Of a DNA stretch of 64,000 nt, positions 36,704 to 50,780 are shown piece by piece; position 1 is the first letter of the stretch; each line of letters starts with the position of its first letter. Origin of the DNA: Octopus sinensis. Its lineage: Eukaryota. The notes under the pieces were generated by a model. It saw nothing but the letters and a program-made list of their open reading frames with translations. It was not told the origin of the DNA and ran no database searches. A program made the translations under genes and the position numbers. The DNA lies in the NCBI RefSeq assembly GCF_006345805.1, contig NC_043004.1, positions 100,688,001-100,752,000 on the forward strand, in the 5' to 3' direction.

Positions 36704-37504
36704 GGGTGCATTATAGCGGACTGAAACTTGCGCATTCAGTTTGTTGGGTTCACAAGCCCTTTTTTTTTTTTTTTTTGGACCGGCCGAAACAACAAAAATT
36801 ACCAGAGCGATTAGTTTCACGCTTGAGAAGAAAAAAGAAAGCTTTTGAAGTTTCAAACATTAGTATCCTTCATCAGAAGAAAGAAAGTTAGACGGTTGGT
36901 GGAAAGGAGAGAAAAAGAGAAAAAGTCATTCAAATATGAAGACGAAGAATAAATTTATCACATTAGTTACAATCGTTTCAGTAGCACTCCCTTTCCATCC
37001 CCATTTCCCGTACATTTCATGTGAAAAGCTACATTATATTTGCAAATGATTATATTTCATCAGTCTTTTATCAATGGGTGCGCTCTTACATTCTGTGTGT
37101 GTATTTCATATTGTATATGTGTGCGCGCATGTGCGTATGCGTGTGTATGTGTTTAATTTCTCCTGATGTTGCTTGCTTTCTTTCTCTTCATACTATGTCA
37201 ACAAATCGTATGTACCTAGTCTCTCTGCCATTGCAGTGGTATATGTCTATCTTCCAGCTAGTATTTTCGGGTCTACAGAAATGCTCACATGCTGGAGAAA
37301 CAGCAGAGTAACAACCACTGGATCAGCTTGAATAAACCATTAAACTTTGACGCTGAGTAACTTCTTTCCTATTCGTTAGAAACGAAAGTGTGTGAGTATC
37401 TATGTATGAGTATATTTGTATATGTATGCACATACTTATATATATTATATATAATATATATATATATATTATATATATATATATACATATATGAATTATA
37501 TATA

Positions 37505-38547
37505 TAAAATTGGGGCCTTGTGCCTAGAGTAGAAAAAGGCAGCGAGCTGGCTGAATCGTTAACATGCCGGGCGAAATGCTTAGTGGTATTTTGCTTGCCG
37601 TTACGTTCTGAGTTCAAACTCCGCCGAGGTCGACTTTGCTTTTCATCCTTTCGGGGTCGATTAAATAAGTACCAGTTACGCTCTGGTTCGATATAATCAA
37701 CGTAATCCGTTTGTTTGTCCTTGTATGTTCTCTCAATGTTTAGCCCCTTGTGGGTAGTAGAGAAATAGGTGTTTCGTTTGTCTTTACGTTCTGAGTTCAA
37801 ATTCCGCCGAGTTCGACTTTGTCTTTCATTCTTTCGGCGTCGATAAATTAATTACCAGTTGCGTACTGGGGTCGATCTAATCGACTGCCCCAACTCCCCA
37901 AAAATTTCAGGGCTTGTGCCTAGAGTAGAAAAGAATAATAGCAAGGCGGTGGGCTGGCAGAAATGCTTAGCGGTATTTCGTCTGCCGCTATGTTCTGAGT
38001 TCAATTTCCGCCGAGGTAGACTTAAACTTTCATCCTTTCGGGGTCGATTAAATAAGTATCAGTTACGCACTAGGGTCGATATAATCGACTTAATCTGTTT
38101 GTCTGTCCTTGTTTGTCCTCTCTGTGTGTAGCCCTTGTGGGCAGTAAAGAAATATATATTTCGTCTGTCTTTACGTTCTGAGTTCAATATTCCGCCGAGG
38201 TCGACTTTGCCTTTCATCCTTTCGGGGTCGATAAACTAAGTACCAGTTATGCACTCGGGTCGATGTAATCGACTTGATCCCTTTGCCTGTCCTCGTTTGT
38301 CCCGTCTGTGTGTAGTTCCTTGTGGGCAGTAAAGAAATAAGAAACGTTAGCACGCCGGGCGAAATTCTTAGCGGTATTTCGTGTGTCTTTACGTTCTGAG
38401 TTAAAATTCTGCCGACATCGACTTTGTCTTTCATTCTTTCGGGGTCGATAAATCAAGTACCAGTTGCGTACTGGGGTCGGTCTAATCGACTGCACTCTCC
38501 AGCTCCCCCAAAATTTTGGGCCTTGTACCTAAAGTAGAAAAGATTAT
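37505..38547 (+). mobile_element. Nested or tandem array of about six SINE D units (D1 and D2 tails)
   Basis: Repeated ttacgttctgagttcaaattccgccgaggtcgactttg...ggggtcgataaattaagtaccagtt bodies with junctions near 37545, 37768, 37930, 38158 and 38340. Confidence 0.9.
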
Positions 38548-38666
38548 ATGGTATACGTGAAGTTGTGCGTCGTAGCGTAAGTGTAATAATGTACGTGTGA
38601 TATTTTATGTGTGATGTTTAAATTATGTATGTATATTCCATGCTGAAAGAATTCTTCTATTCTGTT

Positions 38667-39075
38667 GCTCTTTTGCTTGTTTCAGTCATTTGACAACGGC
38701 CATGCTGGAGCACCGCCTTAAAGGGTTTTTTTTAGTCGAAGGAATCGACCTCAGAACTTATTCTTTGTAAGCCTAGTACTTATTCTATCGATCACTTTTG
38801 CCGAACCGCTATGTTACGTGGACGTAAACACACCAGCTCCAGTTTTCATGCTGTGGTGAGGGTCAAACACAGACACAAAGACACAGACCCACACACATAC
38901 TTACATACATATATTTATATATACGATGGGCTTCTTTCAGTTTCCGTCAACCAAATCCACTCACAAGGATTTGGTCGGCTCGAGGCTATAGTAGAGGACA
39001 CTTGTCCACAGTGGGAATGTGCCCGGAACCAAATAGTTAGGATACAAAGTTCTTACCAGAAAGCCATGCCTGTGA
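38667..39075 (-). mobile_element. SINE group B, head partly deleted
   Basis: Collinear with other B copies. Confidence 0.85.
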
Positions 39076-39654
39076 AAAGGCAGCATTTATTTATTTCTAT
39101 GCGGATGGTGCCTGTGAAGTTTTTGCTTGTGTGCATGTATACACTTGTATATCAGAGCGTATATATGAGTTTGCTTATTGGTCTATGTACCAAGTCGTAT
39201 TTGCATAACCCTGCTTCTTTCTGGAAGGCTTTTTTGTTTGTTTGTTTTTTTTATCAAATAGAACGAATACATTTCCGAATTTTTGTGTACATGCGTATGC
39301 ATGTACTTTCATATGTGTATATACACACCACATAGTGAGATAAAGTATAGCTAATAGAATGACAGCAATAGTAGAGGCGTGTTCAAATGAGAGTGATGTG
39401 TTATTTGGTGAGGTTAATGTTCATATTTTGATGCATATGAGACTGTGTACATGAACGTACATCTGTATGTGATATATTTGTGTGTGCATATGACACATAA
39501 TCGGCATTTACTTTTACGTGTGCAGTTGTTGTCGCAGGGCATACATGCATTTCAGTGTATTATCAAGGTTCGTATATTTGCATATGAGAATGTTTGCCCA
39601 GTGTGTTTTTAAGTTTCACGCATGTGTCATAGCGGTGCACAGGGGGGTGCATTT

Positions 39655-39671
39655 ATCTATCTATCTATCTA

Positions 39672-39737
<66 letters not shown>

Positions 39738-39783
39738 CACACACACATATAATATATAGACACATACATAAGTATATGTATAA

Positions 39784-39814
<31 letters not shown>

Positions 39815-39818
39815 TACA

Positions 39819-39849
<31 letters not shown>

Positions 39850-40145
39850 TATACAATATATATATATATATTATATATATATATATATATATTACAATAT
39901 ATAATGTATGTATACCACACACACCACACACACATATATATATATGTGTATACACACACACACATATATATATATACATATATACACACGCACATTTATG
40001 TACAGTATATATATTATTATGGACGTGCATGTATATATGTATATATTTATATATATGTATATGTGTATATATCTATACCATGTGTGTGTGTGTGTGTATG
40101 TATATACATATACGTATGTGTGTGTGTGTGTGTGTGTGTGTATAC
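39655..40145. repeat. (TA)n/(CA)n/(TG)n compound microsatellite
   Basis: Seen directly. Confidence 0.95.
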
Positions 40146-40649
40146 AGAAGGCGTGTGTACATAGGACGTGTGTCCATAAGAGAGAAAGTATGGGCATGTA
40201 TCATGGAAAAATTAACAGTCTGCAAGAGCTCCATCTCATCTTTCCTCACTCTTACTCATTCTCTCACTCAGTTTTTCTCTCCTTCTGTCTCTCTCTCCCC
40301 CTCCCTTTCTCTCTCTCTTCCTCTCTCTCTATTGACTTGTGAAATAATGTATTGCAGCCAAGATAGGTGACAGACTGAGCAGAGGGCAGAGATCAGATGA
40401 TGCGGTTAAGTTTGGCTTAGCTTTGCAATATTTGAGGTAAAGATTGCTGATGGGACTCTACTGACCTAGTGGAGAGTTTTATTGTGATTGAAGTAGCTGA
40501 GGCGGTAGTAACGGTGCTAGTGTTGGAGTGGTGATGAGCAGGCTGTTCGTGACAGGGGTGAAGATATTGTGATGTCTTCGAGAAAGTCATAGGACAGGGT
40601 GGGTGTCAGTAATGATAAAGCTGGAGGCATTCCTGATGGTAAGGGTGAC

Positions 40650-40995
40650 GGCAGCGGTGGGGGTAGTGGGTGGTGGTAGTGGTCGTGGGGTGGGGGTTGT
40701 ACTGGTGGTGCTGGTGTAGTGGCTGTAGTGGTGGTGGTGGTGGTGGTGGTAGTGATATTGGGTGCGGCGGTGTTGGTGGTGGTGCTGGTGTAGTGGCTGT
40801 GGTAGTGGTGGTGGTAGTGATGGTGATGATGCTGGTGGTTGTGGTGGGGGTGGGGTGGGGGTTATTCGTGCGACCGTATTGTTGCTACTGGTTGGTGGTC
40901 GTGGTGGTGGTCACGGTGGCCTCAGTGGTAGTGTTATTGTTGTAAAGGGGTGAGGTGATCATTGTAGTAGTAGTAGTAATAGAAGTAGTAGTAGT

Positions 40996-41044
<49 letters not shown>

Positions 41045-41045
41045 A
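40650..41045. repeat. (GGT)n, (GTA)n and (GCA)n trinucleotide tracts
   Basis: Seen directly. Confidence 0.9.
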
Positions 41046-41340
41046 CGATGGAGAGTGGTTCTGGGGAAGGCGATGGGTGCGTTTATGTTTATATGTATGT
41101 GTGTGTAGTGTGTGTGTATGTGTGTGTGTATGTTTTGCTCGAAATAGGGACAACGGAGATGGAGGCGTTGCAGAAGTTATGTCCGCTAATTGACAGCGTG
41201 GTTGGTAGAGGGTCGCTCTCGTGTCTATTATATATGAGGGCGTTGGCATGTCATAGATGGATGAGGGGAAAATTTGTTTAGAAATTATGGAAATATTAAA
41301 ATGACGAAAGAGCGTGGAGGAGGTTAAGAAAAGAGAACAA

Positions 41341-41381
<41 letters not shown>

Positions 41382-41521
41382 GAGAGAAAGACAGACAGAG
41401 ACAGACAGACAGACAGACGCAGTCAAAAGGACAAAAAGACAATCAAACTGTCAATAAAAGATAACAAGAACTGGAGATTGTAGGGAGATGAAATTGATGT
41501 GAGAGAAAACGAGAGAACTAG

Positions 41522-41563
<42 letters not shown>

Positions 41564-41849
41564 CAAATAGATAGAGAGAGAGAAGGGGGAGAGATAAGGT
41601 GGATACAGAGGGAGAAAGTCCTAAATCAGAATTTATCCAGCAGACTTTTGGTCAATAACATTGAGTTGTGACTATGTTGTCTATTTGTTTACCCAGAAGT
41701 ACTTGATATAATGGGTTTTTTCCTTATTTGAAGAGACGGTAGGTGAAATATGAGTGTGACTTGGCTGTTATTTCTGGCAAGTCGACGACCGTGAGCAATT
41801 TACTTGATTAATTAACAACCAGAGAAGGCGATAGCTAACTAGCTAGCTT

Positions 41850-41962
<113 letters not shown>

Positions 41963-42258
41963 GCAGACACACATACATACATAAACAGACAGACAGATAG
42001 ATAGATAGCTACTGCGATTACAAAAAATATCTAAAGGAAAGCCAAAACTAAATAGAGACTGACACACTGACAATTTGAAAAAGCGAGAAATAAAGAGAAG
42101 CTATTGGCAAGATAGCAATACATGCATACATATATTCCTGCATATATTCATACACACATATATGCATACTTAGACAAAGACATTTGCACTTTAGTATATT
42201 TACATAAGTACAAACATAGATGCACATATATGCATTCATGCAGATGTATGCATAAATA

Positions 42259-42716
42259 TTCTTTTCTAATCTAGGTACAAGGCCCGAAATTTCCGGGAAG
42301 GGGGCCAGTCAATTAGACCGACCCCAGCACGCAACTGGTACTTAATTTATCGACCCTGAAAGGATAAAAGGCAAAGTTGACCTCGGCAGAATTTGAACTC
42401 AGAACGTAAAGACAGACAAAATAACGCTAAGCATTTCGCCTGGTGTGCTAACGTTTCTGCCAGCGAGCCGAGCCGCTTTATATGAATATACAAGTATTCA
42501 TTTCTACTCAAGGTATAAAGCCCGAAATTTTGGGGCAGGTGGGGGTCAGTCGATTAGATCGACCTCAGTAAGCGACTGGTATTTAATTTATCGACCCCGA
42601 GATGATGAAAGGTAATGTCGACCTCAGTGGAATTTGAACTCAGGACATAAAGACTGATGAAATAGCGCTAAACATTTTGCCTGGCGTTCTAACGTTTCTG
42701 CCAGCTCAGCGACTTA
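42259..42716 (-). mobile_element. Two tandem SINE D2 copies
   Basis: 42259-42478 and ~42497-42716, each followed by a similar tatatg(a/t)atatacaa(g/a)tatt flank. Confidence 0.85.
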
Positions 42717-43151
42717 TATGTATATACAAATATTAAAAGTAAAAGGAACTTTGATCGATTTCGGCGAAGTGTATCCCAACTGTTCTATTAACGTAGTTGA
42801 TCACTCGTTCTATCAACGTGCAATTGGCTGAGTATTTCACAGATGCCTCTTTCTAAATGTATTCATAAGTCTTTGCCTCTAACTGAGAATATAATAAATA
42901 AAAGACACAGCGTGGGATGAAATTTTAGGAAACCAAATTCTCCTGACAGTTGTTGAAAACCCTTGAATGGAAAATCACCACGAAGAGGCTTGATAATTGC
43001 TTATTAGTAAAAGAATCTCACGTTTTTAAGAGCTCTCGCTCATCCGTCAACAAAACAATGGATGCAGAACCCTATGTGGCAGACCAGCTGACAATTATCG
43101 TGCCAAAGAATCAGAAACATGTAGCCCCTCCACAACCCACAAAAAGAAGGG

Positions 43152-43195
<44 letters not shown>

Positions 43196-43213
43196 ATATA
43201 TATATTATATAAG

Positions 43214-43261
<48 letters not shown>

Positions 43262-43284
43262 CTTATATATATATATATAAAGGA

Positions 43285-43923
43285 ATAGAAACAATGGGAC
43301 AAGCACGCAAACACATCTAATGCTAGATGATACAAAAAAGGGACAAGAAAAAACACAGACGGGTCATTCGAAGTTTTCTTTCCTCAGTCGAGTTCCAGAT
43401 CATCTTTCCAATTTCGGTTGGTTACATTCGAGATTGCTCCAATCTGGGCAGCCCCAAGGAAAAACTAAGCTAAGAGCACTAGAATGTATACGGAAACAAG
43501 GACGGAAAAAATAACGGAGAAAGGATACACACATACAAATGCAAATAACAGGACATAACAACAGGTGTCTTTCGACTAAGGACGAATTGAATTGAACTGG
43601 CGTGTGAGGAAGTGAAGCCTTACGGCAAGGACATAAGAGATGGCAGGCATGGGGAAGGAATATAGATGTTGCACGGATGGTAATCGAACCAAGAAAGAGA
43701 GGTCAGGCTTGGTCAAACACTGGTCACGTGGAGAGAGAGGAGAGAGGTAGAGGCAGAGGGACAGAAGAATTAGGGAGGGACAGCAAAAAAGAAAAGGGAC
43801 AGAGTTAAGTGAAAGAGGAAGAAAGGTGAAAATGAAGAGAAAGCCAGGAAATGTGAGAGAGGGGGAACAAAAGAAAGAACGAAGTAAGTGTGACGGGGCT
43901 TATAGAAAGAAAGAGAGTCGTAC

Positions 43924-43985
<62 letters not shown>

Positions 43986-43990
43986 TGACT

Positions 43991-44032
<42 letters not shown>

Positions 44033-44167
44033 TTACATATAAGGGACGTACGCCGCAATATGTATATAAAAAGGAATACAAAAAACGGATAAGAAAAAAC
44101 ACGGATGGGTCATTCGAAGTTTTCTTTCCTCAGTCGAGTTCCAGATTATCTTTGCAATTTCTGCTGG

Positions 44168-44170
<3 letters not shown>
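43285..44170 (-). mobile_element. (TA)n-nested Penelope-like terminal segments (43285-43930 and 44045-44170)
   Basis: gggtcattcgaagttttctttcctcagtcgagttccagat occurs at 43361 and 44107; homologous to 25561-25830. Confidence 0.55.
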
Positions 44171-44210
<40 letters not shown>

Positions 44211-44927
44211 AATCAACATGGATGCCTTGTTATTAGCCTTGGGAGATCCCTTCAGTTAATACCTAACTGGACTCACATCTCATTTCCTCATGAAGATAAA
44301 TATGAATCTCCTAGATTCTATTCTGCTATTTCCTTTCTCAAGTCCTTTGTAAATATTTTGCTTATATTTCTTGCACGGAAGTGTAGAGTGATATATGATC
44401 AATTTAATTAATTTAATTAATTCAATTCAACTATGAATTTGCATGATTTTTATATCTCTGTACGAAACAATCGTATGCATGAATTAAAATTCTCTTATAT
44501 ATTTTAATATCTCTTCTCCATTTTTAACAGTTGAGTTTTATAGGATTTCTTTCCATAAATTCACAATTCATCATATATAAGTATATATACATATATATAT
44601 CTTGGCTTTTAGTTAAGAATATTGTCCGTAATGACTGATGTTTAGTCTATAGATTTGAGAGAATTTTAGGGTTGTGCAGGACAGCTTCTAGTCAATATAA
44701 TTGTCATTAAGAAAGTGAAACAGTATCGCCGAAGTCTTCTGACAATATCACTAGCTCATAAGTAATCTTTAAAGTCATGTTAATGAAAACTCGAGTCACT
44801 AAGCTTTGCCATGATTCTACAGTATTTGATACCATGAAATAAAGTATTAGCACATGGTCTACATAGCAATCAATAAGAACTCCAGCAATCCAAATGATGA
44901 GCTTGTCTGTATTACTGTTCCTGCCTT

Positions 44928-45147
44928 AAGGCGGCGAGCTGGCAGAAACGTTAGCTCACCGGGCGAAATGCTTAGCGGTATTTCATCTGTCTTTACGTTC
45001 TGAGTTCAAATTCTGCCGAGGTTGACTTTACCTTTCATCCTTTCGGGGTCGATAAATTAAGTACTAGTTGCATACTGGGGTCGATCTAATCGACTCCACC
45101 CTCCTCCCCAAAAATTTCGAGCCCTGTGCCTAAAGTAGAAAAGTATT
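44928..45147 (+). mobile_element. Full-length SINE D2
   Basis: aaggcggcgagctggcagaaacg head through the gtgcctaaagtagaaaag tail; imperfect TSD gtattac(t/a)gtt. Confidence 0.9.
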
Positions 45148-45444
45148 ACAGTTTCTCCTGGCAAAGAACCCTTATCACCTCTAATAGATGGCAGAGTAAC
45201 GCATTACGACTTGAAACTGTTTTAAGACATTATTCCTGACAGCAAGAGACAATTTGAGCTGATAACAGAATTCTTATAGGGTACAGGAACGGACTATAGT
45301 CAGCATTAGTCTTTATATTTAGTAGCCAACCAACGGAAGATCGTTGACTAGAGAAAAAATATGGATACTAATAGACTGATCAATACCCCTTAATCCAATG
45401 TTTAATACTTCAATAATCTATAAGAATGTTGTCTGTGATGAAGT

Positions 45445-45657
45445 TCTTTTCTACTCTAGGCACAAGGCCCAAAATTTTAGGTGAGGGGGCCAGTCGATTA
45501 GATCGACCCCAGTACGCAGCTGGTACTTAATTTATCGACCCCGAAACAATGAAAGCAAAGTCGACCTCGGCGGAATTTGAACTCAGAACGTAAAGAGATG
45601 AAATACTGCTAAGCATTTTTCCCGGCATGCTAACGCTTCTGCCAGCACGCTGCCTTG
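45445..45657 (-). mobile_element. Full-length SINE D2
   Basis: Reverse-oriented match to 44928-45147; imperfect TSD tgatg(a/t)agt. Confidence 0.9.
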
Positions 45658-45878
45658 ATGTAGTGAGTAAAGAGTTGTAAGTGTATGCAAGTGTAACCAA
45701 TCCGCGTTCAGTGAGGCCATTTCTTATATAATACTTTTGCAATATTAGTGCTGGTACTAATGTCTCGGATATTATACTGGACATGAACATTACGTAGGTA
45801 TTTGTTAACATTAGTACCTATCAACTCTACTTCAAATGTGACATTGATAGAACCAGTGTTAGATGGAGAAATGGAACT

Positions 45879-46081
45879 TACAAGGGGATGCTGAATAGTT
45901 CTGGTTTTAAGGGTGTCGCGAAAGGCCTTGCTGGAGATCCAGTCTTCAGAGTTCATTTTACAGGGCCGCTGCAGTAAGTGTATGAATATGAAAGGAGGAT
46001 AAGTTGAATAAAATCATAATTCACTGATCCTCTTGAATTTTCTTTTACCCAAAGCCAAGATCTTTTCAGCAAACCCTGGTA
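45879..46081 (+). mobile_element. Mariner-derived miniature element
   Basis: TA-bounded, with diverged TIRs (caaggggatgctgaatagttctgg and ccaagatcttttcagcaaaccctgg). Confidence 0.75.
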
Positions 46082-46153
46082 GATATAACGTTAGTCCCCG
46101 AATGTGCAAAGGGGGAAATAAATACATATTATCCATGTACAGAACAGTGAAGA

Positions 46154-46362
46154 TACTGATGTATTGAAAGTTGTTTAAAATTAAAAATTGGAGGATCAGT
46201 TAATTATGATTTTATTCAACGTATTCCCCTCTCAGATTCCCACAATTATTGCAGTGCTCTTTTAGTTTTTCTAAGACCTGTAGAAGAACTCGGAAGGTTG
46301 GGCCACCAACCAGACCTTTCGTGAGACCCTTAAAGCCAGGAACTTTTCAGTAACCCCTCGTA
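46154..46362 (-). mobile_element. Mariner-derived miniature element
   Basis: TIR aaagccaggaacttttcagtaacccctcg|ta. The minus strand encodes a decayed mariner C-terminus (gtcttagaaaaactaaaagagcactgcaataattgtgggaatctgagaggggaatacgttgaataa, GLRKTK../HCNNCGNLRGEYVE*). Confidence 0.8.
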
Positions 46363-46758
46363 AGTTTTATGGGATATATAGAGTTGTGTTAATCAAAGTT
46401 GCAACATCTTTCATCGTATGTCTGGCTGACGAAGAGTAAACAGGGCTAAACCACGACTGACAAAATATCTGCATAGACAATCGACTTGCGAAAATAACAA
46501 CCAAAGCTCATTCAAGTAAACATAAAAGAGTGGCATCTTTATATGGAAAAACATGGTTAATTATATCTGGAAGACTTTCATAGCAGATATGATCAATCAT
46601 GGATGATCTAGAAATTAACAACAACTTGTACATTTCGTAATGACAGGATTCCAACTCACACTCTGTTAATCTGCTATTTAACTATCTACCCCTTGGCTTT
46701 GGTGTATTTGATTATTTACGTAGTAATCTCAATAAAAAATATACACTAAGTATTCGCA

Positions 46759-46759
<1 letters not shown>

Positions 46760-46790
<31 letters not shown>

Positions 46791-46812
46791 TATATATATA
46801 TATATATATATA

Positions 46813-46851
<39 letters not shown>

Positions 46852-47151
46852 TATAAACAAAGTGAAGTTGTAAGGTACCGCATGAGTGGAAATATATTTG
46901 AAAGGTTTGAAAATGCAATTCTAAAAGATGTTTATTCATTGACCGGGTTTCACTCTTTCAGAAAAAGATTGTCAAAAGTAAAATGTAAAAGCTTGTAAAA
47001 GCTTTGTTGTGTTAAATACTGGTTGTCACAAAATATTAATACATGTATACATTGCTTGATAATAATAAGAAAATGTTTAAAATGTTATTATATATATATA
47101 CATATAATAAATATATAATATATATGTATATATTATAATATATATAATATA

Positions 47152-47186
<35 letters not shown>

Positions 47187-47219
47187 TATATATATAAGAT
47201 ATATATAATATAATATATA

Positions 47220-47276
<57 letters not shown>

Positions 47277-47277
47277 A

Positions 47278-47324
<47 letters not shown>

Positions 47325-47441
47325 AAATACATATATAATATATACATATACATATACATATATATATATATACATATATAATATACATATATAATATGTA
47401 TGTATGTACGTACATATGTACATACATACATACATACTACA

Positions 47442-47475
<34 letters not shown>

Positions 47476-47570
47476 CATACATACATACATACATACATAA
47501 ATACATACATACATACATACATACATACATACATACATACATACATACATACATACATACATACATAAGC
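46760..47570. repeat. (TA)n and (TACA)n microsatellite blocks
   Basis: Seen directly. Confidence 0.95.
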
Positions 47571-48023
47571 AAAGTACCTAGTTCTAAAATTTCTAGAGAT
47601 GTAAGTGGTGACAATACTGAAAAGTAATATTTGTTGCCATTTCAACATGGCTATTCCGTACGGAACTACGTTTCTACCAATTTTTGAACCCCAGAAAGAC
47701 ATCTCCTTCAGCTGGTTAACGACACTACCTGTGTCATATATATTGCGAGCAGGGGACAAAACCGTGACAAAACCAGTATACCAGTCTGGTTTCGAGGTAT
47801 TTCCCTTCGTCAGTACTAGGCACTTGTCTATATATTTACATAAATCACTGGCAAAAGTCTATCTTTAAGATAGCACGCTAGTATACTTTCGTACACACAC
47901 ATGCATACATACACGAAAACACATATTTACATATAGGTTTTACGTGTATCTCTCTTTCCATATATGTGTGTGTGTGTGTGTGCGTGTGTGTGTGCGTGTG
48001 TGTGTGCGTGTGTGTGTGTGCGT

Positions 48024-48070
<47 letters not shown>

Positions 48071-48439
48071 CGCGGGCTTGTAGAGCTCCAGACAGAGGAA
48101 CAAATAAATAATGTATCTATATGTGAACAAGAGAGAAAACGGGGACAGATGTAGAAGCAGAAAGACTGACAGACAAACTGCCTGCTAGCAATAAACAGAG
48201 AGAAGGAAAATTGGTTGAGAGGAAGAGCGGGAGAGCGAGACATCTTTATGATGGCTATAACAATTTATTGCAGACATTAAAAAATGTCACACATCCAGAA
48301 CCTGCTGTTCTAAAGGGTATTGTTTTGGTGCTATTGTGTGTCAGTGCATGTGTGTGTGTATTTTCTGGTGTGTGCGTGACTATGTTTGTCAGTGTGCGTG
48401 TATGTGTGTGTGCTTGACTATCTTTGTCAAAGTGTATGT

Positions 48440-48480
<41 letters not shown>

Positions 48481-48984
48481 ATGTCAGTGTACGTATCAAT
48501 GTATGCGTGCGTGTATGTGGACGTATTTGGGGAGTGGAAATGTAGTTATAGCAGGGTTGTGAAAGTTAGACCGAGGTGGAAGGTTAGATGCCACTGACTC
48601 CTCACACACCCAAGCCAACTATCAATTATTCGGTGCCACCACCACCACCATCATCACCACTACCTCCACCACCACCACTGTCACAAATGCTCTTCCCCGG
48701 CTTCACCACTAGAGCTACCTCTCACCACCACCAACACCACCATCAATATCATTATCATCACCAATAGAATATTTCCAGTATTCCCTCTAACAAATCCTCG
48801 GCATTCACCAGATACCATCTACCATTATCACTAACACTAGCATCGCTAACACTGCCGGTGCCACACCATCAGCGATACCATCCCGCTACCATTAAATGCA
48901 CCATCAACATCGTTCAGAACCGGGGTTGAAACTATAGCTAAAACCTTCTCAATACCGTTTCCGAAATCGTCATATACAAGACGG

Positions 48985-49175
48985 GCAGAGACACGTGGCT
49001 GAGTGGTAAGAAGTTTACTTCCCCACCACAAGGTTCTTTGTTCAATCCCACTGCATGGCATCTTAGACAAGTGTCTTCTACTGAAGCACTGAGTCAACCA
49101 AAGTCTCGGAAGTGGATTCGGTAGACGAAAGCTGAAAGATCATCGTATGTATGTGTGAATATATATGTGTGTGTG

Positions 49176-49220
<45 letters not shown>

Positions 49221-49520
49221 TTGTATATGTATACACATACATGCATATGTATGTATATATGTTTATATATATATATGTTTATATATATATATATATATAC
49301 ATATGTGTGTGTGTGTCTTTGTATTTGACCTCCACCACCCGCTTGACATCTGATGCTGGTTTTCCCCCGTAACTTTGCAGTTCAGCCAAAGACATCGATA
49401 GAATAAGAACCAAACTTTCAACAAGAGGTACTGTGGTGGATCCATTCGACTAAATGACTTCGATGCGGTGCCCCAGCATGGCCGCAGTTCCATGACTGAA
49501 ACACGCAAAAGAAATACAAG
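48985..49520 (+). mobile_element. Diverged SINE group B with an expanded central microsatellite
   Basis: Head gtggctgagtggtaagaag, ~170-bp TG/TA tract, and tail gcggtgccccagcatggccgcagttccatgactgaaac. Confidence 0.8.
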
Positions 49521-50031
49521 AAATAAAGATAAGCTGATACTGAATACAATGTTACACAAAGCAAGACATGGCGGTCTTGGGTTGGAGTCCGGTCGAACGA
49601 TGTGGTTCCTATAAACAGACACATATCTCGAAGCAATTGCAAACAGAGACAGACAACGTCATGTTACGGATTTGCTCAAAGCTGGCAGTGAAATAATTAT
49701 AATGTTAAACAGGGATTATCAACCATTTTTTTTATTTATGGAACCCTTTGATTATTATTTTATTTTGCTGATTCCATAACCATTCGATGTTTAAAAACTA
49801 GTTTTACCGATGCTTTTTTTCAAAATTCCTGTTTTGTTTTTCAAACCTTGACCTGTGTGAGTTGAACTATGTAAAATGTTAGAGAAAGAAGGTTAGTTTC
49901 TTGCAATACATCTCAATGAAAATGATTTCATGGATCCTTAATAAACTACTGCGTGCACCCAATTTACTATTTTACTTCGTGGAACCCCGAAAATCGTACA
50001 TGGACCCCGTTTGAAAACTGATATAAGTAAC

Positions 50032-50095
<64 letters not shown>

Positions 50096-50098
<3 letters not shown>

Positions 50099-50500
50099 TT
50101 TTACTCTTTTACTTGTTTCAGTCATTTGATTATGGCCATGCTGGAGCACCGCCTTTAATCGAGCAACTCGATCCCGGGACTTATTCTTTTTGTCAGCACA
50201 GTACTTATCCTGGCGGTCTCTTTTGCCGAACCGCTAAGTAACGAGGACATAAACACATCAACATCGGTTGTCAAGCGATGCTAGGGGGACAAACACAGAC
50301 ACACAAACACACACATGCATTATATATATATATATACATATATACGACGGGCTTCTTTTCAGTTTCCGTCTACCAAATCCACTCACAAGGCTTTGGTCGG
50401 CCCGAGGCTATAGTAGAAGACACTTGCCCAAGGTGCCAAGCAGTGGGACTGAACCATGTGGTTGGTAATCAAGCTACTTACCACACAGCCACTTCTGCGC
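50096..50500 (-). mobile_element. Full-length SINE group B
   Basis: Collinear with other B copies. Confidence 0.9.
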
Positions 50501-50574
50501 CTATATATACAAATATCACAAAACAATAATATTTACCGATACTCCTAAAATATGTCCAATTGTAAAGAAATAGT

Positions 50575-50780
50575 AATTGTTTCTAATTTAAGTACAAGGC
50601 CGAAAGTTTGAAGGAGCCGAGTCAATCAAGACTATCGACCTATGATTAGTACTTTATTCTATGGCCCCTGAAGAAATAAAAGCAATGATACCCTTGGCGG
50701 TATTTGAACTCAGGGCACAAAAGCCCGGGACAAATACTACAAGGCGTTTTTTCCAGCGTTCCAACCAATCCATCGCCCTT
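50575..50780 (-). mobile_element. Old SINE D2 remnant
   Basis: ttctaatttaagtacaaggcc...ttggcggtatttgaactcag. Confidence 0.6.

Noticed and set aside
37505-38547. CRISPR-like repeat array
   Set aside because: The units are ~190-bp SINE bodies without unique spacers, in eukaryotic DNA with no cas genes.
45708-45880. Minus-strand ORF with GSINVTFEVEL (SEA-domain-like) that stays open if the MITE is removed
   Set aside because: ORFs of ~75 codons are expected several times by chance in this much unique DNA, and there are no splice sites or other domain residues.
47605-47868. 87-aa ORF in unique sequence, with a similar ORF at 59538-59837
   Set aside because: Open on both strands, no recognisable homology, and no convincing exon boundaries.
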